DNA from: Waterburya sp. | GTDB lineage: Bacteria; Cyanobacteriota; Cyanobacteriia; Cyanobacteriales; Xenococcaceae | Length of the DNA stretch: 64,000 nt | Reading direction: 5' to 3' | Assembly (NCBI GenBank): GCA_965217895.1 | Contig: CBDCJV010000002.1 | Coordinates: forward strand, 4,288,001-4,352,000 | In this document: piece by piece, positions 32,739 to 42,864 of the stretch | How positions within the stretch are numbered: the stretch's first letter is position 1 | Layout of the letters: each line of letters opens with the position of its first letter | The notes under the pieces: model-generated | Databases searched by the model: none | Told to the model about the DNA's origin: nothing | Seen by the model: the letters and a program-made list of their open reading frames with translations, nothing else | Translations under genes and position numbers: made by a program

Positions 32739-35700
32739 ATGAGCAGAGTAAAGCAAAAACGTATTCGAGGTGTCGTTCTTACGCCTGCAGGGCTAAAAAA
32801 ACTTGAAACAGCCAGATATGAATCGGAATGTCAGAAAAATTATGGTGAAAGATATACCTACGAGAATATCAGCGAAATAGCTAATTTAGATATCAACACG
32901 ATTAAAAAAGTACTAGAAGCCAAAGAAGGAGTTGATAAGCGATCTCTGGAAAAATTTTTAATTGCTTTCAATTTAGAGTTGACGGCAGAAATTTATACTA
33001 AACCTCGTCCTAATCAACGCCAGGATTGGGGAGAAGCAATTTCAGTAGAACACTTTTTCGGGCGCGCGAGTGAACTTGAGACTTTAGCCAATTGGCTTTT
33101 AAAAGATCGCTGTCGATTAATAGCACTGGTGGGAATGGGCGGAATAGGCAAAACAACTTTATCTGTTAAGTTTGTTCAGCAAAATGAGGATAAGTTTGAC
33201 TGTATTCTTTGGAAATCTTTACGAGATGCTCCACCTGTTGCCGAAATTATTGATAGCCTGATTGAATTTTTTTCTGAAGGACAAGAAAAAGCTAACTTGC
33301 CTTCAAGGTTAGGCGATAAAATTACCCTATTGATTGAGTATTTACGTTCTTTTCGCTGTCTTATTTTCCTAGATAATGCCGAATCACTTTTAGATAGTGG
33401 CAACAGAGTAGGAAAATATCGCCCAGGATATGAAGGCTATGGCGAACTTTTACGTAGAGTAGGCTCGACCGAGCATTTTAGCTGTCTTGCAATCACAACC
33501 AGAGAAAAGCCGAAAGAAGTCGCTGCTTTGGAAGGAGCAGGTCTTTTGGTTCGTTCGTTGCAATTAGCGGGATTGAAGCAAGGGCAAGAAATTTTAAAAC
33601 TCAAGGGACTTGCTGGCTCTAAGTTAGAACAAAAAGCTCTTAGCGATCGCTATGGAGGCAACCCACTAGCGTTAAAGGTAGTAGCTACTACTATTCAAGA
33701 TTTGTTTGCTGGCAATATCGCTGAATTTTTACGTCAAGATCGGGCTGTTTTTGGTGATATTCGGGATGTTTTAGATGAGCAGCTTGAGCGATTATCAGAT
33801 TTGGAACAAGAAATAATGCGCTGGCTGGCGATCGCTCGTGAACCAATTTCTTTGACAGAATTGCAGGCAGATTTTGTCTTACCAGTAACTCTCATCAAGT
33901 TATTAGAAGCCCTAGAATCTCTGTCTAGACGTTCTTTAATTGAAAAGAGTGCTTCTTGCTTTACCCAGCAGCCTGTAGTTATGGAGTATGTAACTAGCCA
34001 GCTTGTTGAGGTAGTCTGTGAAGAAATTTTGGCGCAAAAACCCAAGCTTTTTCGCGATCACGCCCTGATAAAAGCCACAGCCAAAGACTACATCAGAGAA
34101 AATCAAATTCGCCTTATTCTTCAGCCAGTTATTAATGGGCTTTTAGCTGCCTTAAGAAACCAGAAAGATCTAGAAGCCTGTTTAAGAAAAATTTTGGCAA
34201 CAATGCAGGAATCATCCCTAGAGAAATCCTATGGGGCAGGAAATATTATCAATTTGTTTTGCCAGTTAGAAACTGACTTAACTGGTTATGATTTTTCCAA
34301 TTTATGTGTTTGGCAAGCAGATTTGCGTCAAGCGCACTTGCAGAAAGTCAATTTCCAAAATGCAGACTTATCCAAATCAGTCTTTGCCGAAAACTTTGGC
34401 GGGATTTGGTCGGTAGCTTTTAGTCCTGATGGAAAATACTTAGCTGCGGGAGATACTAAAGGAAATATTCTATTACGAAGAGTAGCAGATGGTCAGCCAA
34501 TACGTAGTTTTACAGGTCATAATGCCTGGGTAGTTTCCCTCGCATTTAGTCCCGATGGTAAGACTCTTGCTAGCAGCAGTTGTGACTGTACCGCCAAGCT
34601 TTGGGATCTTAGTACTGGTCAATGTCTGCATTCTTTAGATGAGCATGAACACGAAGTTTGGTCAGTGGCATTTAGTCATGATGGTAAAACTCTAGCTACT
34701 GGCTGCGATGACTGCTATGCAAGACTTTGGCGAGTCAGCACAGGTGAATGTATTCAAGTTTTTTCAGGACATACAGATTATATACTGTCAGTAGCCTTTA
34801 GCTTGGATGGTCAGAAACTTTTTAGCGGCAGTCACGACAACACAATTAAGCAGTGGGACATTAAAACTGGCGATTGTCTCCTGGTTTTTCAAGGAGATGA
34901 TAAGGGAGTAAGATCTATTAGCGTCAGTCCTGATGGACAAATGCTTGCCAGTGGTAGCAAAGACCAAACAGTCAGAGTGTGGGATATAAAAACAGGTAAA
35001 TGTCTCAGTATTTTTCGAGGACATGACAACATGGTTTTAGCAGTCACTTTTTGCCCCCGAGACAATCTTTTAGTTAGTAGCAGTGTCGATCAAACTTTAA
35101 GGCTATGGAATGTTGATACTGGAGAATGCCTTAAGGTTTTTCAAGGACATTCTAATATGATCAACTCTATTGCCTTCAATTCACAGAGTAATATTTTAGC
35201 TAGTGGCAGTTACGATCAGTCCATAAAGCTATGGAATATCAATACCTATCAATGTGTAAAAACTTTTCAAGGACATAATAATCAGGCACTTTCTGTCATT
35301 TTTAGTTCAGATGGTCAAACCGTAATTAGCGGTGGTCACGATCACAAAATTAGACTATGGGATGTCAAAACTGGGAAGATAATCAAAATTTTACATAAAC
35401 ACACCAATTGGGTTTTCTCTGTTGCTTGTAATGCCAAAAATAATCTTATAGCCAGCGGTAGTGGCGATAAAACAATCAAAATTTGGGATATTCAAACTGG
35501 CAAAGTAATTAAAACTTTATTTGGACATCAAGCCGTAGTTCGTTCTGTCGCCTTTAGTTTTAATGGTCAAATTTTGGCAAGCAGCAGTGAAGATAAAACA
35601 ATTAAAATTTGGGATATTCAAGCTGGTCAGACAATAACAACTTTACAAGGACATCAAGCAGAAATATGGTCAATTGCCTTTAGTCCTGATGATCGGCAGT

Positions 35701-36251
35701 TGGCTAGTGGTTCTCTAGATGGAACTGCCAAATTGTGGAATATTAGCACTGGAAAATGCTTGAAGACTTTAGACGAACATACAAGTTGGGTCTTGTCAGT
35801 TGCCTTTAGTTTCGACAATAAGACTTTAGCTACTACCAGTCCAGATCGAACAATCAGACTTTGGGACACGACTACTGGAGAATGTCAAGTTGTATTACGA
35901 GAAGATAAAGGCTATTCACAATTGGTTGCCTTTAGTAATGATGGTCAAACAATAGCCAGCTATAATCAGGATTACGATATTAAGCTATGGAATATAAAAT
36001 CTAAAAAATGTATCCAAATTTTGCATGGTCATAAAGCGTTAATTAATTCGATCGCTTTTAGTCCTGACAATTGCACCTTAGTTAGCAGTAGCGAAGATGA
36101 AACAATTAATTTGTGGAACTTAAAAACTGGTGAATGTATAAAAACCCTAAAAGTTAAGAAACCCTATGAATTTATGAACATTACAGGAACTAAAGGTTTA
36201 ACAAAAGCCAATTTCGGTGTTTTAAAAACATTAGGAGCTTATGAAAATTAG
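32739..36251 (+). CDS. STAND NTPase: N-terminal HTH + NB-ARC + pentapeptide + ~14 WD40 repeats
   Basis: Walker A GMGGIGKTT, Walker B LIFLDNAE, GGNPLALK (GxP), repeated GH..V.SVAFSPDG..LASGS.D.T..LW units. Confidence 0.93.
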   Translation: MSRVKQKRIRGVVLTPAGLKKLETARYESECQKNYGERYTYENISEIANLDINTIKKVLEAKEGVDKRSLEKFLIAFNLELTAEIYTKPRPNQRQDWGEAISVEHFFGRASELETLANWLLKDRCRLIALVGMGGIGKTTLSVKFVQQNEDKFDCILWKSLRDAPPVAEIIDSLIEFFSEGQEKANLPSRLGDKITLLIEYLRSFRCLIFLDNAESLLDSGNRVGKYRPGYEGYGELLRRVGSTEHFSCLAITTREKPKEVAALEGAGLLVRSLQLAGLKQGQEILKLKGLAGSKLEQKALSDRYGGNPLALKVVATTIQDLFAGNIAEFLRQDRAVFGDIRDVLDEQLERLSDLEQEIMRWLAIAREPISLTELQADFVLPVTLIKLLEALESLSRRSLIEKSASCFTQQPVVMEYVTSQLVEVVCEEILAQKPKLFRDHALIKATAKDYIRENQIRLILQPVINGLLAALRNQKDLEACLRKILATMQESSLEKSYGAGNIINLFCQLETDLTGYDFSNLCVWQADLRQAHLQKVNFQNADLSKSVFAENFGGIWSVAFSPDGKYLAAGDTKGNILLRRVADGQPIRSFTGHNAWVVSLAFSPDGKTLASSSCDCTAKLWDLSTGQCLHSLDEHEHEVWSVAFSHDGKTLATGCDDCYARLWRVSTGECIQVFSGHTDYILSVAFSLDGQKLFSGSHDNTIKQWDIKTGDCLLVFQGDDKGVRSISVSPDGQMLASGSKDQTVRVWDIKTGKCLSIFRGHDNMVLAVTFCPRDNLLVSSSVDQTLRLWNVDTGECLKVFQGHSNMINSIAFNSQSNILASGSYDQSIKLWNINTYQCVKTFQGHNNQALSVIFSSDGQTVISGGHDHKIRLWDVKTGKIIKILHKHTNWVFSVACNAKNNLIASGSGDKTIKIWDIQTGKVIKTLFGHQAVVRSVAFSFNGQILASSSEDKTIKIWDIQAGQTITTLQGHQAEIWSIAFSPDDRQLASGSLDGTAKLWNISTGKCLKTLDEHTSWVLSVAFSFDNKTLATTSPDRTIRLWDTTTGECQVVLREDKGYSQLVAFSNDGQTIASYNQDYDIKLWNIKSKKCIQILHGHKALINSIAFSPDNCTLVSSSEDETINLWNLKTGECIKTLKVKKPYEFMNITGTKGLTKANFGVLKTLGAYEN

Positions 36252-36568
36252 CGCAATTAGATTGTATTAATCAATAATTTGGTCATGTATTGAGCTAGAT
36301 TTGAGAATTGGTATAAAGATTGAGCGATCGCCTTTAGAAGATGCTAGCCAAAAGCATTTGACATCAGAACAAAAAAAGAAAATGAAGACATTAGAGAGAG
36401 AATATTAATTTTATTAAATACGAACTCGCGTTACTGACCGTCTATTTCGACACCTATTAAAAACTTATCCAAATCAAAGTAATTTTACGGCTTTCTCAAA
36501 TTATTTAAATTGTTAAAATATTTAAACATCAATTTATTTTGACCTTTATTAGTTGTTCGATCTAAAGT

Positions 36569-37819
36569 ATGAAAGCTACCAGTACCAAAGAGATTAAATT
36601 GCAGTTTCAAAATGCGATTAATTTGCAACAAACTTGCAAAATATATCTGACTACATTTACAGGAGAAAGTTGGAGCTTTTACTTTAAAAAAGGATATTTA
36701 ATTTGGGCAAGCAGTAGCATCCATAGATTTAGAAGATTATATCGTTTGACAAATAAAATTTGTCCTGAAATTAACTGTCAAGATATTAGGTTAAGAGAAC
36801 AAGAAATTTCTGAACTGTGGGAATATTTATTGGTTTCTGTTTTATATCAACGTCAGTTAATAAGTATTTCTCAAGCCAAACAAGTAATTCAACAAATTGT
36901 CAATGAAGTATTATTTGATTGCTTTATAGCTGACGAGCAGATAAATAAAATCAAAGTAATTTTTGAGACGAAAGAAAATAGTATGGGGGCTATTCTTAGA
37001 AGTCCTCTTTTTAAAAAACCAATTATCTTAATTGAATATAAAAAAACTATTAGCCAGCTTGAATTATTGATTAGTGACTGGAAAGGTCTAAATATAGATA
37101 ATTGCTCGCCTAATTTATCACCTGTAATCAAAGACATAAACAAGCTTAGGAAAACAGTGGATTTAGATACTTACCCGCAGTTGTTTGGCTTGATTAATGG
37201 CAAAAAAACTATTAGAGATTTAGCCATAGTAACTAAACAAGATATCCTTAGTTTAACTAAATCTTTAATTCCACATCTGAAAAATAAAGCGATCGCCTTA
37301 CAGCAAATTCCCGATCGGCAATTAGCAAACTTATACTTTTCGCCAACTGAGATCGATAATCAAGCAAAATATCAAGATCGAGAGCGACTATATATTCAAG
37401 AACTAGATTTGCCTTTAGTTGTCTGCGTCGATCATGACCCCCATGTCTGTCAAAATATTACGCAAATTTTAAATCCTGCTGGCTATCGTGTTCTTGCCGT
37501 AAATGATGCAGCAAAAACTTTAATGGTGCTATTGAAAACCCAGCCAGCTCTAGTTTTTTTGAATGCAGCAATGCCTGATGTAAATGGTTATGAGCTTTGC
37601 GCTCAAATGAAAAAAATGCCAGCCATAAAACATATACCAATTATCATCTTGCGTAAACAAGAAAACTTAATAGAAGGAATTAAAGCAAAAATGTCAGGTG
37701 CAGCAGATTTTATTAGCAAACCGATTAAAACAACAGAATTACTGGTATTAGCTCAAAAGCATACTCAAAGTTTTATCGATCAAGATAGTTTGGTTAGATC
37801 GCAAATAGCCAGAGACTAA
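36569..37819 (+). CDS. PatA-family response regulator (PATAN + atypical REC)
   Basis: W.FYF..G.L.WA, LWEY, EVLFD, PNLSPVI; C-terminal REC (MPDVNGYELC, FISKPI). Confidence 0.85.
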   Translation: MKATSTKEIKLQFQNAINLQQTCKIYLTTFTGESWSFYFKKGYLIWASSSIHRFRRLYRLTNKICPEINCQDIRLREQEISELWEYLLVSVLYQRQLISISQAKQVIQQIVNEVLFDCFIADEQINKIKVIFETKENSMGAILRSPLFKKPIILIEYKKTISQLELLISDWKGLNIDNCSPNLSPVIKDINKLRKTVDLDTYPQLFGLINGKKTIRDLAIVTKQDILSLTKSLIPHLKNKAIALQQIPDRQLANLYFSPTEIDNQAKYQDRERLYIQELDLPLVVCVDHDPHVCQNITQILNPAGYRVLAVNDAAKTLMVLLKTQPALVFLNAAMPDVNGYELCAQMKKMPAIKHIPIIILRKQENLIEGIKAKMSGAADFISKPIKTTELLVLAQKHTQSFIDQDSLVRSQIARD

Positions 37820-37854
37820 TTATTTATTTACAGTATTTTAATATTTTTAAAATC

Positions 37855-37975
37855 AGGCGTTGCTGAGTCCAGATATAATTATATCGTTTTAACGATTGAG
37901 CAGATCGATTAAAAAGCTAATAGCTACGAACAAATTACTTTTCAATTTCTTTCATACTTCAAATCAGCAACGCCT
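37855..37975. mobile_element. MITE with 12-bp perfect terminal inverted repeats
   Basis: AGGCGTTGCTGA ... TCAGCAACGCCT; right part repeated at 42865-42931. Confidence 0.75.
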
Positions 37976-38003
37976 AAAATCAATACTAAATGTAAATTCA
38001 TCG

Positions 38004-38696
38004 CTATATTCTTTGTAAGAGACTCAATCCATGAGTATCAGTGCCACAGGTACTGTAAAGATGGTGTTTTTTAGCTAATTCTTGCACGTTTTTAGTTTTA
38101 TTAGGGCTAGGTCTCCAGATTCTAGGATTATCATAAGCATAGTAAGTCTCCACACCATCAATTTCTAATTCGGCAACTGCTGGAATTAATCGGTTTCCAG
38201 AACGACGATAGCGTTCAGGATGGGCTAATACTACTAAGCCTCCAGCTTGGTGAAGACAATCAATTACCTGTTTAGCTGCTGCATCTTTGCCTAAAGGCTT
38301 TTCTCCCTGAAGATATAGCTCTAAAGAAGGATGTTCGGGATCGAAGCCATAACCCAATATATGTACCTCTACCTCTAGCAATTTAGATGTAATTTCTACC
38401 CCTGTCCATAAGTGAGGCAGGTTTTCTACTTTACCTTTTAAACCTAGATCCGAAAGATATTGTTCGGCTTGTCGATAGCCGTTTACCGAATGATGGTCTG
38501 TAATCGCAAAGCCTTGAAGTCCAATAGCGATCGCCTGTTGCACTAGGGATAATGGTGTTAGTCTACCATCTGAGGCGGTGGTGTGCATATGAAAGTTAAA
38601 AGCATAGGGACAACTAACATAGCTAATAGTTTCCCAGACACTCTTGAGGTAAACAGTGTCCTGTGTTTTTGGTTTGAAAGGATACATAGCAACCAT
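38004..38696 (-). CDS. PHP domain protein (TrpH-like phosphoesterase)
   Basis: HMHTTASDG, AITDHH, GVEIT, HILGY, LAHP, GTDTHG; start at 38696 more likely than 38816. Confidence 0.88.
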   Translation of the reverse strand: MVAMYPFKPKTQDTVYLKSVWETISYVSCPYAFNFHMHTTASDGRLTPLSLVQQAIAIGLQGFAITDHHSVNGYRQAEQYLSDLGLKGKVENLPHLWTGVEITSKLLEVEVHILGYGFDPEHPSLELYLQGEKPLGKDAAAKQVIDCLHQAGGLVVLAHPERYRRSGNRLIPAVAELEIDGVETYYAYDNPRIWRPSPNKTKNVQELAKKHHLYSTCGTDTHGLSLLQRI

Positions 38697-38890
38697 GCAC
38701 ATCAAAGGGGAGAAAATGTTTCTATTGGTTACAAATACCATAACAAAATAAAATACCCACTGGGAAGCATAACTTGGAGCGAGCAATGATAAAAAAAAGA
38801 TTAAACCCCTTGACAATTATACGTAATCTGGATTTCAAAGCTACAGTTTAATAATTAAAAATAGATATAAAGTTATCTAATGATTTATAT

Positions 38891-39796
38891 ATGATGACCT
38901 TATTACCTGCTGTTTTACCTGTAGGCTTAATTATTTTAATCGGTTTTATCGTCGGTCGTACTTTACCATTACAGCGTTCAACCCTGTCTCAGCTAACTTT
39001 ATATACTTTATCTCCAGCACTAGTAGTTAATGGTCTTTATCGCACCAAGTTATCTTTAGCAAGTTCAAGCAAACTATTGCTAGGATTTGCCTTAACCTCC
39101 ATAACTTTATATGGTCTAGTTTGGCTAATTAGTAAATTTTTTGGCTTAAATCCCACCTTTAGCCGAGCAATTACCGCTATTATTATGTTTCCTAATAATG
39201 GCAATATGGGATTACCTGTGGCGACTTTTGCTTTGGGTGCAGCAGGACTAGACAGGGCAATTATCTATATGCTGGGGTCTAGTTTTCTCATCTTTTGTTT
39301 TGGTCCTGCTATTATTCGTGGCAAGGGCTTAATTGAAGGTTTTAAGTTAACTTTACGATTACCGTTGCTTTGGGCAATTTTATTTGGCATTAGTCTAAGA
39401 TTATTTTCCCTTAAACTACCCTGGGAATTGGATAAAGGCATTCAGCAGTTAGGTGCAGCAGCAATTCCTATTGCCTTGATTTTACTGGGAATGCAATTAT
39501 CCCAGACTCGTTTCCAACCAAGAATTAAAGAAATTGTACTTGCCATTGCCCGTCTAGTCATTGCTCCTCTAATTGCTTATTGTTTTGGCAGGTTATTACA
39601 GCTAGATAGTTTAAATTTACAGGTACTAATTTTGCAAAGTGCCATGCCTACGGCAGTTAATTCTTTTGTGCTGGTAAGCGAGTTTGGTGGCGATAAAGAT
39701 TTGGTTGCCAGGGCAATTGTTACATCTACTCTGATAAGCTTTGTTACCTTACCTATAGTCTTGGCATTGTTGATGAAAATACCTCAGACTTTATAA
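38891..39796 (+). CDS. AEC (auxin efflux carrier) family transporter
   Basis: PALV, NNGNMGLPVA, QSAMPTAVN; about 10 TM helices. Confidence 0.9.
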   Translation: MMTLLPAVLPVGLIILIGFIVGRTLPLQRSTLSQLTLYTLSPALVVNGLYRTKLSLASSSKLLLGFALTSITLYGLVWLISKFFGLNPTFSRAITAIIMFPNNGNMGLPVATFALGAAGLDRAIIYMLGSSFLIFCFGPAIIRGKGLIEGFKLTLRLPLLWAILFGISLRLFSLKLPWELDKGIQQLGAAAIPIALILLGMQLSQTRFQPRIKEIVLAIARLVIAPLIAYCFGRLLQLDSLNLQVLILQSAMPTAVNSFVLVSEFGGDKDLVARAIVTSTLISFVTLPIVLALLMKIPQTL

Positions 39797-39924
39797 AGTA
39801 AGTAGTGAGTAGCAAGTAGTAGGTAGTTTTCTTACAATATATATAGACAGCTTCCGAGATTGAAATTTTTTACTGACAAAATTTAAACCTCAAAAAGTAA
39901 ATAAAAAATAAGATTAAGCAAATC

Positions 39925-40305
39925 ATGTTAGGAAATTTTCAGCAAAGCAATTTGCGAATCGAAGTAAACGCCTCGGAAAAAAACATTAGAGAAAGCTTAC
40001 TAGAAAGCGATCGCCTTAAGCAATGGATGTGGCCACAAAACTTTACTTCTCTATCGGGTCAATTAACTAAAGGAGATACTTTTATTAGTTCTTTGGGATT
40101 AATAAAAGTTGAACATCAAGTAGAGATGGTTGAAGATAACTGTCTACGCCTAATACTAAGTAAAGGCATAGATGGATATCACCAATGGCACTGGGGTGAT
40201 GGCTGGCTACAGTCCCGCTTGGAAGGTATTTCAGCTTTGCCTCTTAATTTGGGACAAACTCTTAGCTTATTTCGTTTACGTCAATACCTCAGTACTAATA
40301 CTTAA
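39925..40305 (+). CDS. Conserved cyanobacterial hypothetical protein (SRPBCC-like)
   Basis: MLGNFQQSNLRIEV...GIDGYHQWHWGDGWLQSRLEGIS. Confidence 0.75.
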   Translation: MLGNFQQSNLRIEVNASEKNIRESLLESDRLKQWMWPQNFTSLSGQLTKGDTFISSLGLIKVEHQVEMVEDNCLRLILSKGIDGYHQWHWGDGWLQSRLEGISALPLNLGQTLSLFRLRQYLSTNT

Positions 40306-40410
40306 TAACCTGAGTTTGGAATAAGCTCAAATTCTTGTTATTTTGCTAGCTGAAAATAATATTTCTTGGCAAGGTCATCCTCGAAATTGTCTTAACCCGA
40401 ACTGACGTTA
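40306..40410. mobile_element. MITE-like element with ~20-bp imperfect TIRs and TA ends
   Basis: taacctgagtttggaataag versus reverse complement of right end taacgtcagttcgggttaag. Confidence 0.65.
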
Positions 40411-40420
40411 CTCAATATTT

Positions 40421-40840
40421 TCAACTTAAGCCAACGCTGGTTTGCAACTGTCTAAACTCTTCTTGCAAAATAAATACTAGCTGGTTGTTTCCTTGATTTT
40501 TTGCTACCCGCAGACGATGCTGCAAGTTACAGAGCAAGTTTTCTAGATGTTTTTGTTGTGCATGGCGATTACGCTGTCGCGTAGCCGACCGATCGCTTAA
40601 CTGATATTTTAAAATATCATAAGCAGAACTAGCTTCTTCAGCTTGAGATGGCTTAATTAGAAACGTCCTATAAACATAGTTAATCTGCTCGATGTTGCTT
40701 TGTCCTCTATGGGACTGGCTTTCTACTGATAATGTGTGCCGAGGTAGCTTAGGTCTATGATGACAAGCAGTAATTTCTGTTTCAACTAGTAGCTGGTATT
40801 CTCTCCTGCTACTAGTTGAATAACAAGATAGATTATTCAT
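40421..40840 (-). CDS. Protein with PirA/DUF4278-associated C-terminal helical motif
   Basis: HLENLLCNLQHRLRVAKNQGNNQLVFILQEE resembles the PirA-type HxxNLxxxLxxRLxVAxxxGNxxLxxxLxxE pattern. Confidence 0.6.
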   Translation of the reverse strand: MNNLSCYSTSSRREYQLLVETEITACHHRPKLPRHTLSVESQSHRGQSNIEQINYVYRTFLIKPSQAEEASSAYDILKYQLSDRSATRQRNRHAQQKHLENLLCNLQHRLRVAKNQGNNQLVFILQEEFRQLQTSVGLS

Positions 40841-40929
40841 TATTTTCTTTACAGTTAAAAATATTCATAATAATAGCCAAAGTTAACAAGATTTATTTAG
40901 TTTGATTTGTTAAAGATAAATAATAAATA

Positions 40930-40956
40930 TAGAGGCATCCAAACTAAATGCCTCTA
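40930..40956 (-). terminator. Hairpin downstream of the small DUF4278 gene
   Basis: TAGAGGCAT...ATGCCTCTA followed by a U-rich tract on the minus strand. Confidence 0.55.
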
Positions 40957-41056
40957 GTTTAACTATTAGACGTAAGCGTAAGTAAATCTCAGAAGCCTTA
41001 TAATTAACTTCTGACAATATACGGAAGTACGCCTTTGTGACTTCCGCACAGCGGTA

Positions 41057-41242
41057 CTAGACTTTAGTGTAGTGGACTCCTCGATAGGTTAATCCTGTCT
41101 GTTGGTTGCTATGACGGTGCTTTTCTGTTAAATGGTGAACTTTCCAAGGCTTGCCACGATATAGTCCACCAACTTCACCTTCACTTACATCCCATTCTAA
41201 ATGGGGAGCTTCATAAGTTCTTCCTCTAAACTGTAGCTTCAT
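41057..41242 (-). CDS. DUF4278 small protein
   Basis: MKLQFRGRTYE, GLYRG, LTYRGVHY repeats. Confidence 0.82.
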   Translation of the reverse strand: MKLQFRGRTYEAPHLEWDVSEGEVGGLYRGKPWKVHHLTEKHRHSNQQTGLTYRGVHYTKV

Positions 41243-41460
41243 TTTTTATACCTCTAACATGAACTATAGATATTTTTTTTACTTTTAAATTTTAAATATT
41301 TGCGACTACGAGATTTTAAACTCGATCTGGTTTACATTCTTCCTAATAAACAAGTAAGTATGCTACTTCTTTTTTAATACAAGACCAATTGCCTCTGTTC
41401 TAGTAGACAAGAAAAACTTTTCATCTAAAATATCGAGAAAAATTATTGCCTTGTTATTTT

Positions 41461-41492
41461 ATTATAATATATTTTTCTGTAACTATTGTTAC
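41461..41492 (-). promoter_or_regulatory. NtcA box overlapping a putative promoter
   Basis: GTA-N8-TAC at 41479-41492; TATAAT on the minus strand at 41466-41461, 12 nt downstream. Confidence 0.65.
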
Positions 41493-41526
41493 CGTTTTAT
41501 GCAGAAAATAGATTTGTTGTAAAACT

Positions 41527-42135
41527 TTACTGTAACGAATTTTTTTTGTTAATTGCCGTGTCTACTTGAGCGTATAGACAAGTCAAATCAGCATTATTAT
41601 GTAGAATAACGTCGGCTGCTGCAACCTTTTCTGCCAGAGGAAGCTGGTTGTCAATTCTCGATTGAGCCTGTTCTAGAGATAAATTATTGCGCTGCTGTAA
41701 ACGGTCAATTTGTAAAGCGCGATCGCAACTAACTACCCAGATTTCTGTCACCGTATCTGTTAGCTTAGCTTCAAACAACAAAGGTATATCTAACACGACC
41801 GTATTGTTTAAAGTATACTGTAATTCTTGCTGAAAGCGATCGCGAACATAGGGATGAATTTGGTTTTCTAGCCACTGCTTTTCTTGGGCATCATTAAAAA
41901 CAATTTCTCCTAAACTAGAGCGGTCGAGGTTATCATTAGCTAACTTTACTTTGTCTCCATAACGAGCAAAAATAGTCTGTAAAATAGGTGAATTTTTTGC
42001 TACGGCTTCCCTGGCATAAATATCCGCATCCAATACAGGCAAATTATATTCCTCTGCCAAATAATTCGACACCGTAGTTTTTCCTGTGGCAATTCCTCCT
42101 GTTAAACCAATAAGTCTGATGGCTGAATTTTTCAT
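41527..42135 (-). CDS. coaE: Dephospho-CoA kinase
   Basis: IGLTGGIATGKTTV, LDAD, IHPYV, DIPLLFE. Confidence 0.96.
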   Translation of the reverse strand: MKNSAIRLIGLTGGIATGKTTVSNYLAEEYNLPVLDADIYAREAVAKNSPILQTIFARYGDKVKLANDNLDRSSLGEIVFNDAQEKQWLENQIHPYVRDRFQQELQYTLNNTVVLDIPLLFEAKLTDTVTEIWVVSCDRALQIDRLQQRNNLSLEQAQSRIDNQLPLAEKVAAADVILHNNADLTCLYAQVDTAINKKNSLQ

Positions 42136-42242
42136 CTTTAAGATTATACTTAAAATTAATATTTCTAACTAAAGGCAGTTTTTCTAGTTATGACCGCTTG
42201 ATAGACTATTGCGAAACAATTTTAAATTAAGGAGCAAAACTT

Positions 42243-42725
42243 TTGTTAGATCAACAGGCAAAAAAAACAATGTTACGTAAAATCCCTCATGGACTTTACA
42301 TCTGTGGCGTTAAAGAAGGGGAGGAAATGAATGGTTTTACCGTAAGCTGGTTGATGCAATCATCTTTTGAACCGCCTTTGGTAGTTAATTGCGTCAAGAA
42401 AGGCACGGTTTCCCATAAAATGATCGAGAATACCCAAGTATTCAGCATCAGCTTCCTAGAGGCAGGACAAAAAGACCTAGCGGCATCTTTCTTTAAACCC
42501 AAAACCCGCGTTGGTAACAAATTTGAAGACGTGGAATTTTATGAAGGAGAAGAAACAGGCTGTCCGATTATTAAAGACTCTCTGGGTTACATTGAATGTA
42601 AAGTAGTCGGCACGGTTGAACAAGGAGATCACACTGTATATGTCGGCGAGGTAATTGCTTCTGGTATTCATCGCCAAGGCGATCAGTTATTACTCTCCAG
42701 TACTGGTTGGGAATATGGTGGGTAG
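42243..42725 (+). CDS. Flavin reductase family protein
   Basis: LRKIPHGLYI, SWLMQSSFEPPLV, GDHTVYVGEV. Confidence 0.9.
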   Translation: MLDQQAKKTMLRKIPHGLYICGVKEGEEMNGFTVSWLMQSSFEPPLVVNCVKKGTVSHKMIENTQVFSISFLEAGQKDLAASFFKPKTRVGNKFEDVEFYEGEETGCPIIKDSLGYIECKVVGTVEQGDHTVYVGEVIASGIHRQGDQLLLSSTGWEYGG

Positions 42726-42762
42726 AGTAAAAAGTAAAAAGTAAGAAGTAAAAAGTAGTAAG
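42726..42762. repeat. STRR heptamer repeat
   Basis: (AGTAA[A/G]A)x4-5; same unit at 48309-48338. Confidence 0.7.
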
Positions 42763-42864
42763 TCAGAATGTTTTTTAAAGCGCATTGGTATTGATAAAAC
42801 TAGTTGCTTTATCAAGTTTCATCAAGACTTTTGTAGCTTGCTACTTTTTTTTGTTGTTTAATCA

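Noticed and set aside
38697..38816. N-terminal extension of the PHP ORF
   Set aside because: Reads through the divergent promoter region with no PHP similarity; a later start is more plausible
41243..41460. Glutamine riboswitch expected upstream of the DUF4278 gene
   Set aside because: I could not find the consensus elements by eye; an Infernal scan would be needed
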